From the NCBI GenBank assembly GCA_937625935.1, contig OW569350.1, forward strand, positions 1-64,000: a stretch of 64,000 nucleotides of DNA. The letters are read 5' to 3'. Source of the stretch: Tetramitus jugosus (taxonomy: Eukaryota; Protista; Heterolobosea). Below the pieces are notes generated by a model that was not told the DNA's origin, did no database searches, and saw only the letters and a program-made list of their open reading frames with translations. How positions within the stretch are numbered: the stretch's first letter is position 1; each line of letters begins with the position of its first letter. A program made the translations under genes and the position numbers. Below are positions 41,248-50,653 of the stretch, one piece after another.

Positions 41248-43020
41248 ATGGGTTCTCAAAGTTCGAAACTAGCAAGAATTCGGCCAGAACAAAATCAGAA
41301 CCATGAAACTGCAAAGAGCAGAGGCCCTAGTTCAGAATTTTCAAGAGGATGTCCCATTGTTGGTCATTCCAATGAACAAGATCTCTTGGATTTTAGCCTA
41401 TCAATGTCATCCGTAACTGGTTATCAATGCCCATACACCTTCTCTCGCAAAATGCAAACACAGTCACCCTTACCTGCCATGAACAGTAGCAACAATTCAG
41501 GAATAGCTCATGTTCTTCACTCCTCACTCTACATCTCTCCTTCTCCAATACTCGTATATGATATTAGTGGCATGGTATATATGGCGAATCCTGCTGCTCA
41601 TCAGTTATTTGAAATGAAGAAGGAGATGGGACGAGATTTGTCCTTCTATTTGGAGCAAGAAGATATCATTTCTATGTTCACTTCACCTGCTCATTCAACT
41701 GCAAGTAATCATCCAAGTCACTTTGTGAGACGAATTGTAATGGGCAAGAAGAATGAAACCTTTTTGTTTCCACTTGAAGTGTCTATTGTGGAGATTCCTG
41801 GAGATAGCATTGAGTCAGTCATCACTAATGCCAAGGACAATGGCAACAACAAGTTTTACATGTGCTACATGAAGGATCTAACGAGTGATTTGCAGCTCAT
41901 GGCGCTTCAGAAACTATATGACAGAGTGGTGAGTCTATCTACTATTCCGGTAGTCGGGATAGAGAGTAATGGGATAGTTCGGATGTTCAATGATGCAGCA
42001 GAGAAAATCTTTCAATACCCCAAAGAAAGGGTCATTGGTCAGAATATAAAGATGCTCATGCCTGAACGAATTGCTCGATACCATGATCAATACATTGACA
42101 ACTATATGAAAACTGGAGTTAAACATGTTTTGGACTCGGTTAGAATTGAAGAGGGAGTGAGGTCTGATGGTGAATTATTTCCCCTAGAGTTAAAAGCAAC
42201 CGAAATTCGAATTACAGAAACGAGGAGGTGGTTCATTGGATTTGTGAGAGATGCTAGTCAAATGATGACGAAATCAGAGCAGAACGCACTGTCGAGGATC
42301 ACGAGTCAACTCTTTCCTCCAGCAATTTCTGCCCGGATCGCACAAGGAGAGAAATCAATTTATAATAGTTTCAGTAATGCTTCTATATTGTTTGCGGATA
42401 TTGTTGGATTCACAGCCCTGGCGGGTAAGATGCCTGCAGATGAAATTGTTTCGTTGCTCGATCTAACGTTTAGAGCTGTCGACGATCTGATTCTTCCAAA
42501 GTACAACCTTCTAAAAATTAAAACGATAGGTGATTCTTACATGATTGGTTCCGGATTTCCAACCGAGCATCCAGATCATGCAAAGAATATTGTTCAAGGT
42601 GCTCTCGATATCATTGCGGCTGTGAGCCAAATTAATAAGAAGTATCCTCATCTTCCCTCGAAACTTCAAATTCGCATAGGAATCAACTCTGGAGAGATTA
42701 TTGCCGGCATTGTCGGATCGACAAAGCCTCAATACGATTGTTGGTCCGATACGGTCAACCTGGCTTCGAGAATGGAGTCAAGTGGAATCGCTGGTCAAAT
42801 CCAAATTACAGATAGTACATACAAGCTCCTGCCAGTCAAACTCCAACAAGTTTTTCTGATTCGAATCGGAGTCCCAGTGAAAGGAAAGGGTTTGCTCAAC
42901 ACCTTTATCACAAATATCAACAGAGAAGTAGCTGATACCAGAAGTGTCACAATCAGTCGGAGATTGTCCGAAGTGACCGAACTGTCTTCGGATGACTTCC
43001 AAGCCCTGAATCTCATGTAA
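41248..43020 (+). CDS. PAS-PAS-class III adenylyl cyclase
   Basis: Two PAS domains (ANPAAHQLF; FNDAAEKIF..IGQNIKMLMP); cyclase motifs FADIVGFT, KIKTIGD, RIGINSG, YDCWSDTVNLASRMES. Start MGSQSSK. Confidence 0.92.
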   Translation: MGSQSSKLARIRPEQNQNHETAKSRGPSSEFSRGCPIVGHSNEQDLLDFSLSMSSVTGYQCPYTFSRKMQTQSPLPAMNSSNNSGIAHVLHSSLYISPSPILVYDISGMVYMANPAAHQLFEMKKEMGRDLSFYLEQEDIISMFTSPAHSTASNHPSHFVRRIVMGKKNETFLFPLEVSIVEIPGDSIESVITNAKDNGNNKFYMCYMKDLTSDLQLMALQKLYDRVVSLSTIPVVGIESNGIVRMFNDAAEKIFQYPKERVIGQNIKMLMPERIARYHDQYIDNYMKTGVKHVLDSVRIEEGVRSDGELFPLELKATEIRITETRRWFIGFVRDASQMMTKSEQNALSRITSQLFPPAISARIAQGEKSIYNSFSNASILFADIVGFTALAGKMPADEIVSLLDLTFRAVDDLILPKYNLLKIKTIGDSYMIGSGFPTEHPDHAKNIVQGALDIIAAVSQINKKYPHLPSKLQIRIGINSGEIIAGIVGSTKPQYDCWSDTVNLASRMESSGIAGQIQITDSTYKLLPVKLQQVFLIRIGVPVKGKGLLNTFITNINREVADTRSVTISRRLSEVTELSSDDFQALNLM

Positions 43021-43137
43021 AGAGGTGAACTTGGTTCATCACAACTACAAACACAAAAACACATGTGTGATGAATCTTCATCTTTATTGGGTTAAGATGA
43101 ATTGAACGATATCATGGTTTGAGATAGTTCTATCAAT

Positions 43138-43509
43138 TCACTGGTGAGGCTTACTTCCTCTCTTTGCGGCAGTTGCAGCCTTTTTCTCATCATGACTCAA
43201 CTTGTCATGAACATCAAAGTAATGTTCGTCTTCTCGATCGCCATTGAGTGTGAGACCCGAGAAGGAATCAGTGCCATGCAAATAGGATTCATCATCCAGA
43301 TGTCTGGACGATCCAACCTTTCTATTGTGGAACGATTTGAGAGACGTTGGATGGTAGTGCTCTTGATTCTTCACTTCTTTTTCAATAATCTTGTTGGAAA
43401 TGTCGTTTAGGGACCTGTCTTGATTCAGAACACTGCAGCAAGAGAAGTGTCTAACCTGAAGAATGGATCGCTGCGCACATACGATTGATTTTTGTAAGAA
43501 GTTCATCAT
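43138..43509 (-). CDS. Small hypothetical protein with mitochondrial-type presequence
   Basis: MMNFLQKSIVCAQRSILQVRHFS resembles a targeting peptide; fills an otherwise empty gap. Confidence 0.55.
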   Translation of the reverse strand: MMNFLQKSIVCAQRSILQVRHFSCCSVLNQDRSLNDISNKIIEKEVKNQEHYHPTSLKSFHNRKVGSSRHLDDESYLHGTDSFSGLTLNGDREDEHYFDVHDKLSHDEKKAATAAKRGSKPHQ

Positions 43510-43668
43510 GATAGAGTATTGGTGCGATGGTAGTCTTTTCAAATGGTATTGTTTCTGTTCAATAAACCTCGATTCTTGTGGACATAACAATCATACAATG
43601 AAATGAGGTTTTATTTTTAGTTTTCAAGTTTGATTGTATAAAAAAAAGAATTGTTTACAAAGGTAGTG

Positions 43669-44160
43669 TTACTCCTTGGGTCCAAAACCAAGTCCTTGAC
43701 AATGACCCACCATATGCTCCTTCGTCATGAGATACTTTGGAATAATGTATGCAGAGGCACAGATAGAAACTGTGATACCTACAAGTGCCATCGCACCCCA
43801 CTTGGAAATTGAAATCATGTTGACAACCATCCAGCAAGCCACAATGACCATTCCGCTGTTTTCTCTCCCGTCCTCTGTCTTGTAGTCCAAATCCAAATCC
43901 CATCCACTTTGATAGTATCTTAGGAGTAGAGCAAGCAAACATGGCAACAGAATCAACAATTTCAGTTTTCTGAATGGCACTGAAGAGGAGTTTTTGTCCT
44001 TTTGAGACGACTTGGTCAGCAAGGCAGACAAGAGACAGACGAAGGCACTTGAACTGTACATGGCAATCCATCTGAGAGAATCTGGATCATTCAACTGAAG
44101 ATAAGCTGCATACGAAAAGAATATGCACATGAAAAAGTTGGCAACTCTGATGGGATTCAT
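43669..44160 (-). CDS. TMEM220: TMEM220-family membrane protein
   Basis: FF.YAAYLQLNDPD...W...Y and EDGRE..G motifs. Confidence 0.8.
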   Translation of the reverse strand: MNPIRVANFFMCIFFSYAAYLQLNDPDSLRWIAMYSSSAFVCLLSALLTKSSQKDKNSSSVPFRKLKLLILLPCLLALLLRYYQSGWDLDLDYKTEDGRENSGMVIVACWMVVNMISISKWGAMALVGITVSICASAYIIPKYLMTKEHMVGHCQGLGFGPKE

Positions 44161-44217
44161 TTTTCGTTTTGTTTTTGATTGTTTTTTGTTGATCTGGATT
44201 GGACAAGATTACAATGT

Positions 44218-45297
44218 TTATACCTCTGACACGGGACTGCGAAACATTGATGCTTCACTATCATCTGCATTGGAATTCTTCTTTTCTTCCTTCCAATCGT
44301 CACCTCCGTGATTGATCTCCAATTCCTCACCGTTCACTTCTAATTGAATACTACTTTCTAATACTAGCGAAGCATGGGACGTTTCTCGGGTGAGAGCATT
44401 GTAGTAACAATCTGAGAAGCTCGCTTGAGCAAAACCAACAAGGAACGGTCCAATCACTGGAAGAGCCAGAAACAGTACCCACAAGAAACAATAGCTGTAA
44501 ATGACCTTCTTATTGTTCTCTATGAGAACATCACGCGAAGGGATGGATCCCGGGAAAACGTCACATACATGACTCTGATCAATCATAAACTGACTCATTC
44601 TGCGAACAGTGAGACATGTGATGATAACAGCAGTGATCATAGAACCTATTCCAGGCACTAGACAGAACAACATTGAAGCTAAGGACCATGTCAAGAATTG
44701 AGTATCGTTTCGAACACCGTACCACACCGATTCAAGTAATCCTCGTTGATCTACATGTTGCTCAACTAAAGAATTTCCTTCTTCTTCAACTTCTGCTCCT
44801 TCGTCCAAGTTGGAGTCCGTACTCCGATAGCTCGACTCTACAACAGATGAAAAGTCATCAGTCATGGTCACACTCAGGTCTCTCATGCCCGATATGAACA
44901 TTCGGGCACTGTACAATGGAGACATGTGATCAGCTGAGATCATGGTCCACAGGGGAATGAGCACAAGTGAGCACCACAGTAACCCTGGTGCATAAGCTGC
45001 ACTAATTACCATCAGAGGACTCACACACAACAGAATCAAAAAGATGCTCAATGCAACTGGCACCACCGCATCGAGAGAGTAATTCTTGAAGGCTCTGTTG
45101 ACATGTTCACTGTTGAAACAACGAATCATGCTGAATACAACCAACGACAAACTATCATATACACTCAGCTGTTTCAGTTGTCGCCTCTCTGAATTCGGAT
45201 CAGTGGAAACAATAGTAATAACAGGAGACTGGACACTGGGAACAAAGGGAGTTTCGATGGGAAAAGGATTGGCATCAGGAGGTGTTTGAGAACTCAT
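44218..45297 (-). CDS. EI24/CysZ-like multi-pass membrane protein
   Basis: LVPGIG and LPVIGPFL..FAQA helices; similar to 62780-63673. Confidence 0.6.
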   Translation of the reverse strand: MSSQTPPDANPFPIETPFVPSVQSPVITIVSTDPNSERRQLKQLSVYDSLSLVVFSMIRCFNSEHVNRAFKNYSLDAVVPVALSIFLILLCVSPLMVISAAYAPGLLWCSLVLIPLWTMISADHMSPLYSARMFISGMRDLSVTMTDDFSSVVESSYRSTDSNLDEGAEVEEEGNSLVEQHVDQRGLLESVWYGVRNDTQFLTWSLASMLFCLVPGIGSMITAVIITCLTVRRMSQFMIDQSHVCDVFPGSIPSRDVLIENNKKVIYSYCFLWVLFLALPVIGPFLVGFAQASFSDCYYNALTRETSHASLVLESSIQLEVNGEELEINHGGDDWKEEKKNSNADDSEASMFRSPVSEV

Positions 45298-45578
45298 GTT
45301 GGCACAACGGTAAGCTGTTTCTTTTTTCTAGAGATTGGAAATTATTGGACATCATGCAAAGAATAGAACCAGAACACAGCTCAGATCAGACGCTCAATTT
45401 CTGTTGATCGTCCGGTCGTAGATTCGCTCTTTTTCGGAGTTTCTCAATGTGAATACCCAAAAATCCTGTTGTGAATCACCAACGCGCTTTCCCCATCACT
45501 CATCATTTATCTTTCGATTGGATTATCCAAAACAAACCACAAACAACAATAACGGTTACCAATATATCAAAACTATCA

Positions 45579-48146
45579 ATGTCTTCTGTTAGTAGCAGTA
45601 GTGGCAATGCCTCTCCCATCTCCACAGAAAACAAGAGTTTATCGTATGTGAAGCGCAAGTTGACTTATGAGTACAGTGGCTCAGTTGATGTGAGCTCTCA
45701 ATTACCACATGGCGTCGGATTGCTCAAATACCCGAATGGAACCATTTATGAAGGATGCTTGAATCAAGGCAGAAGAAACGACATTGGTCGCTTGTACAAA
45801 CCAAGACCAAAGACGACTGTGAATAATGGTCAACAACAACAACAGAAGAATCATCAATATAAAAGAAATGGTGGAAGACAAGTGAATGAACCTGATATGG
45901 AATGGGAGATTGTTGGCAAATGGATCAACAATCAACCTTCACCACACTTTCCATTCAAGATCAATTTTCCAGGCAAGTTTGAATACTTTGGTTGTGTTTC
46001 ACTGAGAGCAGGCAGTGTAGATTTAGTGGATTCAATCGAAGATTTCACAAAGGAGAGACAAGGAGAGTTGTTTTTGATGGATCAGAACAGTATGTACTTT
46101 GGAGAGTTCAAGGATGATATGAGAGATGGATTCGGTGTTCAAGAGTTTGGAACCATGGACAAGTATTATGGCATGTTCAAGAGCAATCAGTTTCACAACA
46201 ATGGAACGTTTTATTACAAGGATGGAACTATTTTTCAAGGCAACTATTACAATGGAGTACGCAAGGGCTCTGGAACACTCTATTTTCCCAATGGTGACAA
46301 ACTGGAGGGTGAGTGGAATGGATCGGAAGTCAAGGGCAAGTACATTAAGGGCACAGTACAAAACTGTTCCCTGTCTACGCTGTCAATGATCAAGCATGAG
46401 ATTGATTTTTGCTTGCGACAGAGAGAAGACTTTAATTATATGGTGACACGTGGAGGTTACAACAGTGATAACAATACTTTTAACAACAATAGTATGATGA
46501 TGTCAATGATGGCATCAAACGGAAATCAGAGCAGTCAAGCGACAAAGAGCAGTGAGAAAGCGAAACCAGCGTACATGTCATCCAAATGGTACGGATTTTT
46601 GATTCGAAGAGAAGATGTGTGGAAGAATGAAAAGACGTATTTCATGTCAAAGTATGCTCAACCATTGGCTTCAATCAAGAAGTTTAAGCTCATTGTTGAA
46701 GAAATGTTTCACTCATGGGATCGAAACACAAGTCAACAAGCCATTCAACCGCTGTGTGATTATTTTAGATCGACATTTGATGGATCGTTCTCTATTGCTA
46801 CCATGAGAGATAAGGTTCAAGCATCTGCGAAACGCAAGCACAATGCAATCTCTAGGGCAAATGAAGATGCACAATCCTTTATTACATTTTTGAATGACTT
46901 GCTATGGGATTTCTTCAATTCGAGCTTCCAATATCTGTTCACAGAAGAGTGTGATTTGAACGAAACTCCTAAAACACAAAAAACTGGATACTTTAAGAAC
47001 ATTAAGCTTCCATTCTATTACTATGATGAACCAAAGACAGAGACAATGGTTGGTGTACAGAACCAGGATCGATCAAAGTATCACTGTCAACAACTGTTGA
47101 CTGAATATGTGAGCGAATATGTTCATCAGAAAATTTATGGCACACTGTTTCCACTGTATCAGATTACCTATCAGGAGAATGATCTCTTCATGGCTCAGAA
47201 GATTGAACAATTGGTTGACACACAACTTCAGCAGCTAGGTGTACCAATCATGTTCTGGCCATCACACTTCGAAGAACAGCCCTATCAAACATCCATTCAA
47301 TTATTGAAGGAGTTGCCAACGAAAAAAACAGTCAAGTCCAAGATCGAAGTGCTCTCTAATCTTCGTTTGACAATTATGCACGAGTTGAAACACTACAGAG
47401 ACGAATACAGAAAGCAGCAAGCAGAGCTGAATAACGAGGAATACGTGTTGGATAATGAGTGGCAACCAGCTGCTGATGATGTCACTGGTGTTTATACCTA
47501 TGTGTTCATTAGGAGCAATCTGCAACATTATTTTGCTGAATACAAGTATGTGAACGAGTGGAAGGATACCAGCCTCGAACTGGATCCCGTATCCCACATC
47601 GTCACCTTCTTTGGAGGTTTCTTGCAATTCGCATCAGACATTCATCCAAATTTGAAGAAACCAAACGGTGAATTCCTCAGCAGTTTCACTCTTCGTGAAA
47701 GCATCAAGAATTCAATCGTGCAAGAGCTTTTGGAACACCAGGAAGAGATTATTGAACCGTTCTACTGGCTTCCTTCACTGTTGCTCTTTATATCGTTGAA
47801 CATTGAACCGATGAACAACAAGTTTTCACTGGATTCAGAGCTCACTATTCTCATTCCACCCACCAAGAAACTGTATGAAGAACTCACAAAGAATCTCGTC
47901 GTCATACAGAGAACACTCGCTCGCTGTAAGGATATTGGATTCGAGGTGCAGTATGCCACATCAGACCCTGTTTCGCTGTCTGATGTGGCCGATGCGTTGC
48001 TGCTGACTGACAGTGGCAACATCAATGGTGCTCAGCTACCAAACTTGATTGTACATATGCACAATGTGTACCCAACCCATATTTATACTGAATTGGCTCT
48101 TCGCATGAAGCGTTACATTCAATTTGAACTACTATTTATTGAATAA
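45579..48146 (+). CDS. MORN-repeat + VPS9 (Rab5 GEF) protein, alsin-like
   Basis: YxGxF/W..GxG MORN repeats; VPS9 AADD..VYTYVFIRS motif. Confidence 0.85.
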   Translation: MSSVSSSSGNASPISTENKSLSYVKRKLTYEYSGSVDVSSQLPHGVGLLKYPNGTIYEGCLNQGRRNDIGRLYKPRPKTTVNNGQQQQQKNHQYKRNGGRQVNEPDMEWEIVGKWINNQPSPHFPFKINFPGKFEYFGCVSLRAGSVDLVDSIEDFTKERQGELFLMDQNSMYFGEFKDDMRDGFGVQEFGTMDKYYGMFKSNQFHNNGTFYYKDGTIFQGNYYNGVRKGSGTLYFPNGDKLEGEWNGSEVKGKYIKGTVQNCSLSTLSMIKHEIDFCLRQREDFNYMVTRGGYNSDNNTFNNNSMMMSMMASNGNQSSQATKSSEKAKPAYMSSKWYGFLIRREDVWKNEKTYFMSKYAQPLASIKKFKLIVEEMFHSWDRNTSQQAIQPLCDYFRSTFDGSFSIATMRDKVQASAKRKHNAISRANEDAQSFITFLNDLLWDFFNSSFQYLFTEECDLNETPKTQKTGYFKNIKLPFYYYDEPKTETMVGVQNQDRSKYHCQQLLTEYVSEYVHQKIYGTLFPLYQITYQENDLFMAQKIEQLVDTQLQQLGVPIMFWPSHFEEQPYQTSIQLLKELPTKKTVKSKIEVLSNLRLTIMHELKHYRDEYRKQQAELNNEEYVLDNEWQPAADDVTGVYTYVFIRSNLQHYFAEYKYVNEWKDTSLELDPVSHIVTFFGGFLQFASDIHPNLKKPNGEFLSSFTLRESIKNSIVQELLEHQEEIIEPFYWLPSLLLFISLNIEPMNNKFSLDSELTILIPPTKKLYEELTKNLVVIQRTLARCKDIGFEVQYATSDPVSLSDVADALLLTDSGNINGAQLPNLIVHMHNVYPTHIYTELALRMKRYIQFELLFIE

Positions 48147-48368
48147 AAGTTGGAACCTCTTATTTTTTGAAAAGTCGAACAATTATATCTTGCATGTGTA
48201 TCTTACGGATGATGAATATAGCTAAATTCAAATTCATCTTTTGATACACCAAATGAACAACTCTGCGATGATCCAAATTCGCGCAAGAGCTACGCTCATC
48301 ATCATATGATAATCTCATCGTGACACTCCGCTCATCTCTTTTGTAACACTTACACACAACTCTCTCTA

Positions 48369-48875
48369 TCATGTGATAATAACACAATCATCCTCATCTT
48401 CTTCGTCTTCACCACTGATGAGAGAGGGTGATGAGCCGAGTGTCGCCATTCCAAAGTCCTGATTCAGAGACATGTACATAAAAATGTCATCTGCATTCAT
48501 TGTTTGATGATTCAAGTAGTGCAATTGTTGAAGGACCGATGGTTGTTGTTGTTGCTGTGCTAACGAAGCAGTAGTAGTCGTCGATTCATCGTCATCATCA
48601 TCGTCATCAATCGTTAAAGCTTCATCATTTCGATTGTTTATTGTTGTTGTTGATGATGATGATGATGAGGCTGTGCCAGTGACATCACACGGCTGTTGTT
48701 GCTGTTGTTGATATTGGGCCAAAAAATTGGCAAATTGGCGAAGAATACGTCTTGTTCTGATAGGTGGTTTTGATCTCTTCTTTGATGATGATTTGTCAAT
48801 CTTGGTGTTGTTAAGGTCCTTGTCATGAGAGGGCTTTTTGGACAATGGCGGTGGGTTGCGAACAGCACTTGTCAT
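48369..48875 (-). CDS. Small low-complexity hypothetical protein
   Basis: ORF with basic N-terminus and poly-Q/S/D tracts typical of this genome's proteins. Confidence 0.55.
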   Translation of the reverse strand: MTSAVRNPPPLSKKPSHDKDLNNTKIDKSSSKKRSKPPIRTRRILRQFANFLAQYQQQQQQPCDVTGTASSSSSSTTTINNRNDEALTIDDDDDDDESTTTTASLAQQQQQPSVLQQLHYLNHQTMNADDIFMYMSLNQDFGMATLGSSPSLISGEDEEDEDDCVIIT

Positions 48876-49127
48876 TTCTTCTTGTTGGTTGAAATTTCTG
48901 GGTTCCAGGAACGAGTGGAACACACAATTCTCATGATGTTGTTATTTTTGGTACTGCGGCCGAGCAAGTCCTTGGTTGAATTGAAGTCAGAGTGCAATCT
49001 GGTGGGGTTGGATTTCTTGAGGGCAAGAAGAAGAATCAACAACAACATCACTCTGTAATCCAACCCCACTCACATCCACCAACTCTAATAATCCACACCA
49101 CCATTAGCAAGAACAGGGCAATTGACC

Positions 49128-50492
49128 ATGGACTCCAAAACTACTACCACCACGAATCAACTTCAAGACTACAAAGATCAAGAACAACAACAGTCAAGAG
49201 ATGTCGTTGTAGTGCCTCAACTTGATCTACATCAACAACAGCAACAAGAAGAGGAATCCATCAACCTGCAAGCCGATTACAGCAGTGGCAACGATGAACC
49301 ACCGATGGATGGTGACACTGCATCCAAATTCCTGGAAATTAAAGTGCCCAAAAACGATTTACAATATGGTTTGAAGCCTCAGGTCATTGGTGAGAACAAT
49401 ATTGTGTTTTACAATGCTCAAGATTTGGATTACTATCGGAGAAAGTTGAAGGAGCCAATTGCTACTGTGTGGATATTGACGAGCAATGCCAATGATCTCA
49501 AATATGTCAACAAGAGACTGTTTGAGTCGGCGTTCAGTTCCCGTAACAATATTCAAGTGGAGTTTATGGAGACGGGTCGATTTGATCTCGTGAGTTCTAG
49601 TTCTGGACTCGATGAGATTTATTATGATGGTGAGAGTGTGAAGTTGCCTGATGTTGTCTTTCCGAGACTCGGTGCCAACGTAGATTACTTTGGTATGGCA
49701 GTGATACGTCAGTTGGAGAATGCCAATCTGTTGGTGTTGAATCCTACGCAGAGCATGATTGTATCGAGAGATAAGTTGTATCAGGTGCAGCACTTGGCCA
49801 TTATGGGACTGCCGTTCCCAAAGACCATGATTGCCAAGTTTCCAATCAATTTCGAAACAGTGGAACGAGTGTTTCCAGAGTATCCCATTGTGTTGAAGAA
49901 GGCTTCGGGCAGTCAGGGCAAAGGAGTCATGCTGTGTCACTCTCGAGAACAATTGTCTGATTTGGCAGATATGATTGACACGAGCAAACCGTGCATCTTC
50001 CAAGAGTATATCAAGAAGTCACATGGCAGAGACATTCGAGTGTTCATTGTCGGTGGAAAGGCCATTGGAGGTATGATGCGTATTGCAAAGAAAGGATTCA
50101 AGGCTAATTTCCATCAGGGTGGATCAGTCAAGCCAGTGAAGCTCTCACCTGCAATTGAATGGTTGGCTATCGAAGCTGCTAGATTGGTTGGTTTGGATAT
50201 TGCTGGTGTGGATATTCTGATTGACAATGACAGCTACAAGATTTGTGAGATAAACAGCAGCCCCGGTTTCCAAGGTTTCGAACTGGCAACAGGCATCAAT
50301 GTACCTGATCTCATCTATGATTTCATCAAGATTCGATTAGGTTTGTGGAGAAAGACAAATCCACCACGATCATCAGAGAAGAAGAGAATCGCTGTGCCAG
50401 TTCAAGCAGAGCACTTGCTTTTGAATTACCCAGAGAACATTCCTTCCTCTCCCCACGAATCTGTCAGCAATCCAGAGTGGTCGCCAAAGTAA
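49128..50492 (+). CDS. RimK-family ATP-grasp alpha-L-glutamate ligase (RIMKL-like)
   Basis: PDVVFPRLG, SRDK, GLPFPKT, GSQGKGV, QEYI, GRDIRV, ANFHQGG, GVDIL, CEINSSPGF. Confidence 0.92.
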   Translation: MDSKTTTTTNQLQDYKDQEQQQSRDVVVVPQLDLHQQQQQEEESINLQADYSSGNDEPPMDGDTASKFLEIKVPKNDLQYGLKPQVIGENNIVFYNAQDLDYYRRKLKEPIATVWILTSNANDLKYVNKRLFESAFSSRNNIQVEFMETGRFDLVSSSSGLDEIYYDGESVKLPDVVFPRLGANVDYFGMAVIRQLENANLLVLNPTQSMIVSRDKLYQVQHLAIMGLPFPKTMIAKFPINFETVERVFPEYPIVLKKASGSQGKGVMLCHSREQLSDLADMIDTSKPCIFQEYIKKSHGRDIRVFIVGGKAIGGMMRIAKKGFKANFHQGGSVKPVKLSPAIEWLAIEAARLVGLDIAGVDILIDNDSYKICEINSSPGFQGFELATGINVPDLIYDFIKIRLGLWRKTNPPRSSEKKRIAVPVQAEHLLLNYPENIPSSPHESVSNPEWSPK

Positions 50493-50653
50493 CTTGTGTA
50501 ATATAACTGTGCAACTGTAGATCGAGTCTTATTTTGTGTATTCCATTTTCCTTCTCCAGCTCCAAAAAAGAAACTTTCTTTTCCAAAACAGCAATTCGCT
50601 GCATTGTTCCACACCCATAAGAACGTACCTGTCACTCCTCCCTAACTTTTGAG

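Noticed and set aside
49359-50003. 214-aa antisense ORF inside the RimK-like gene (likewise 9104-9640, 16970-17452, 53684-54223)
   Set aside because: Fully nested opposite conserved genes; explained by codon bias, with no independent motifs.
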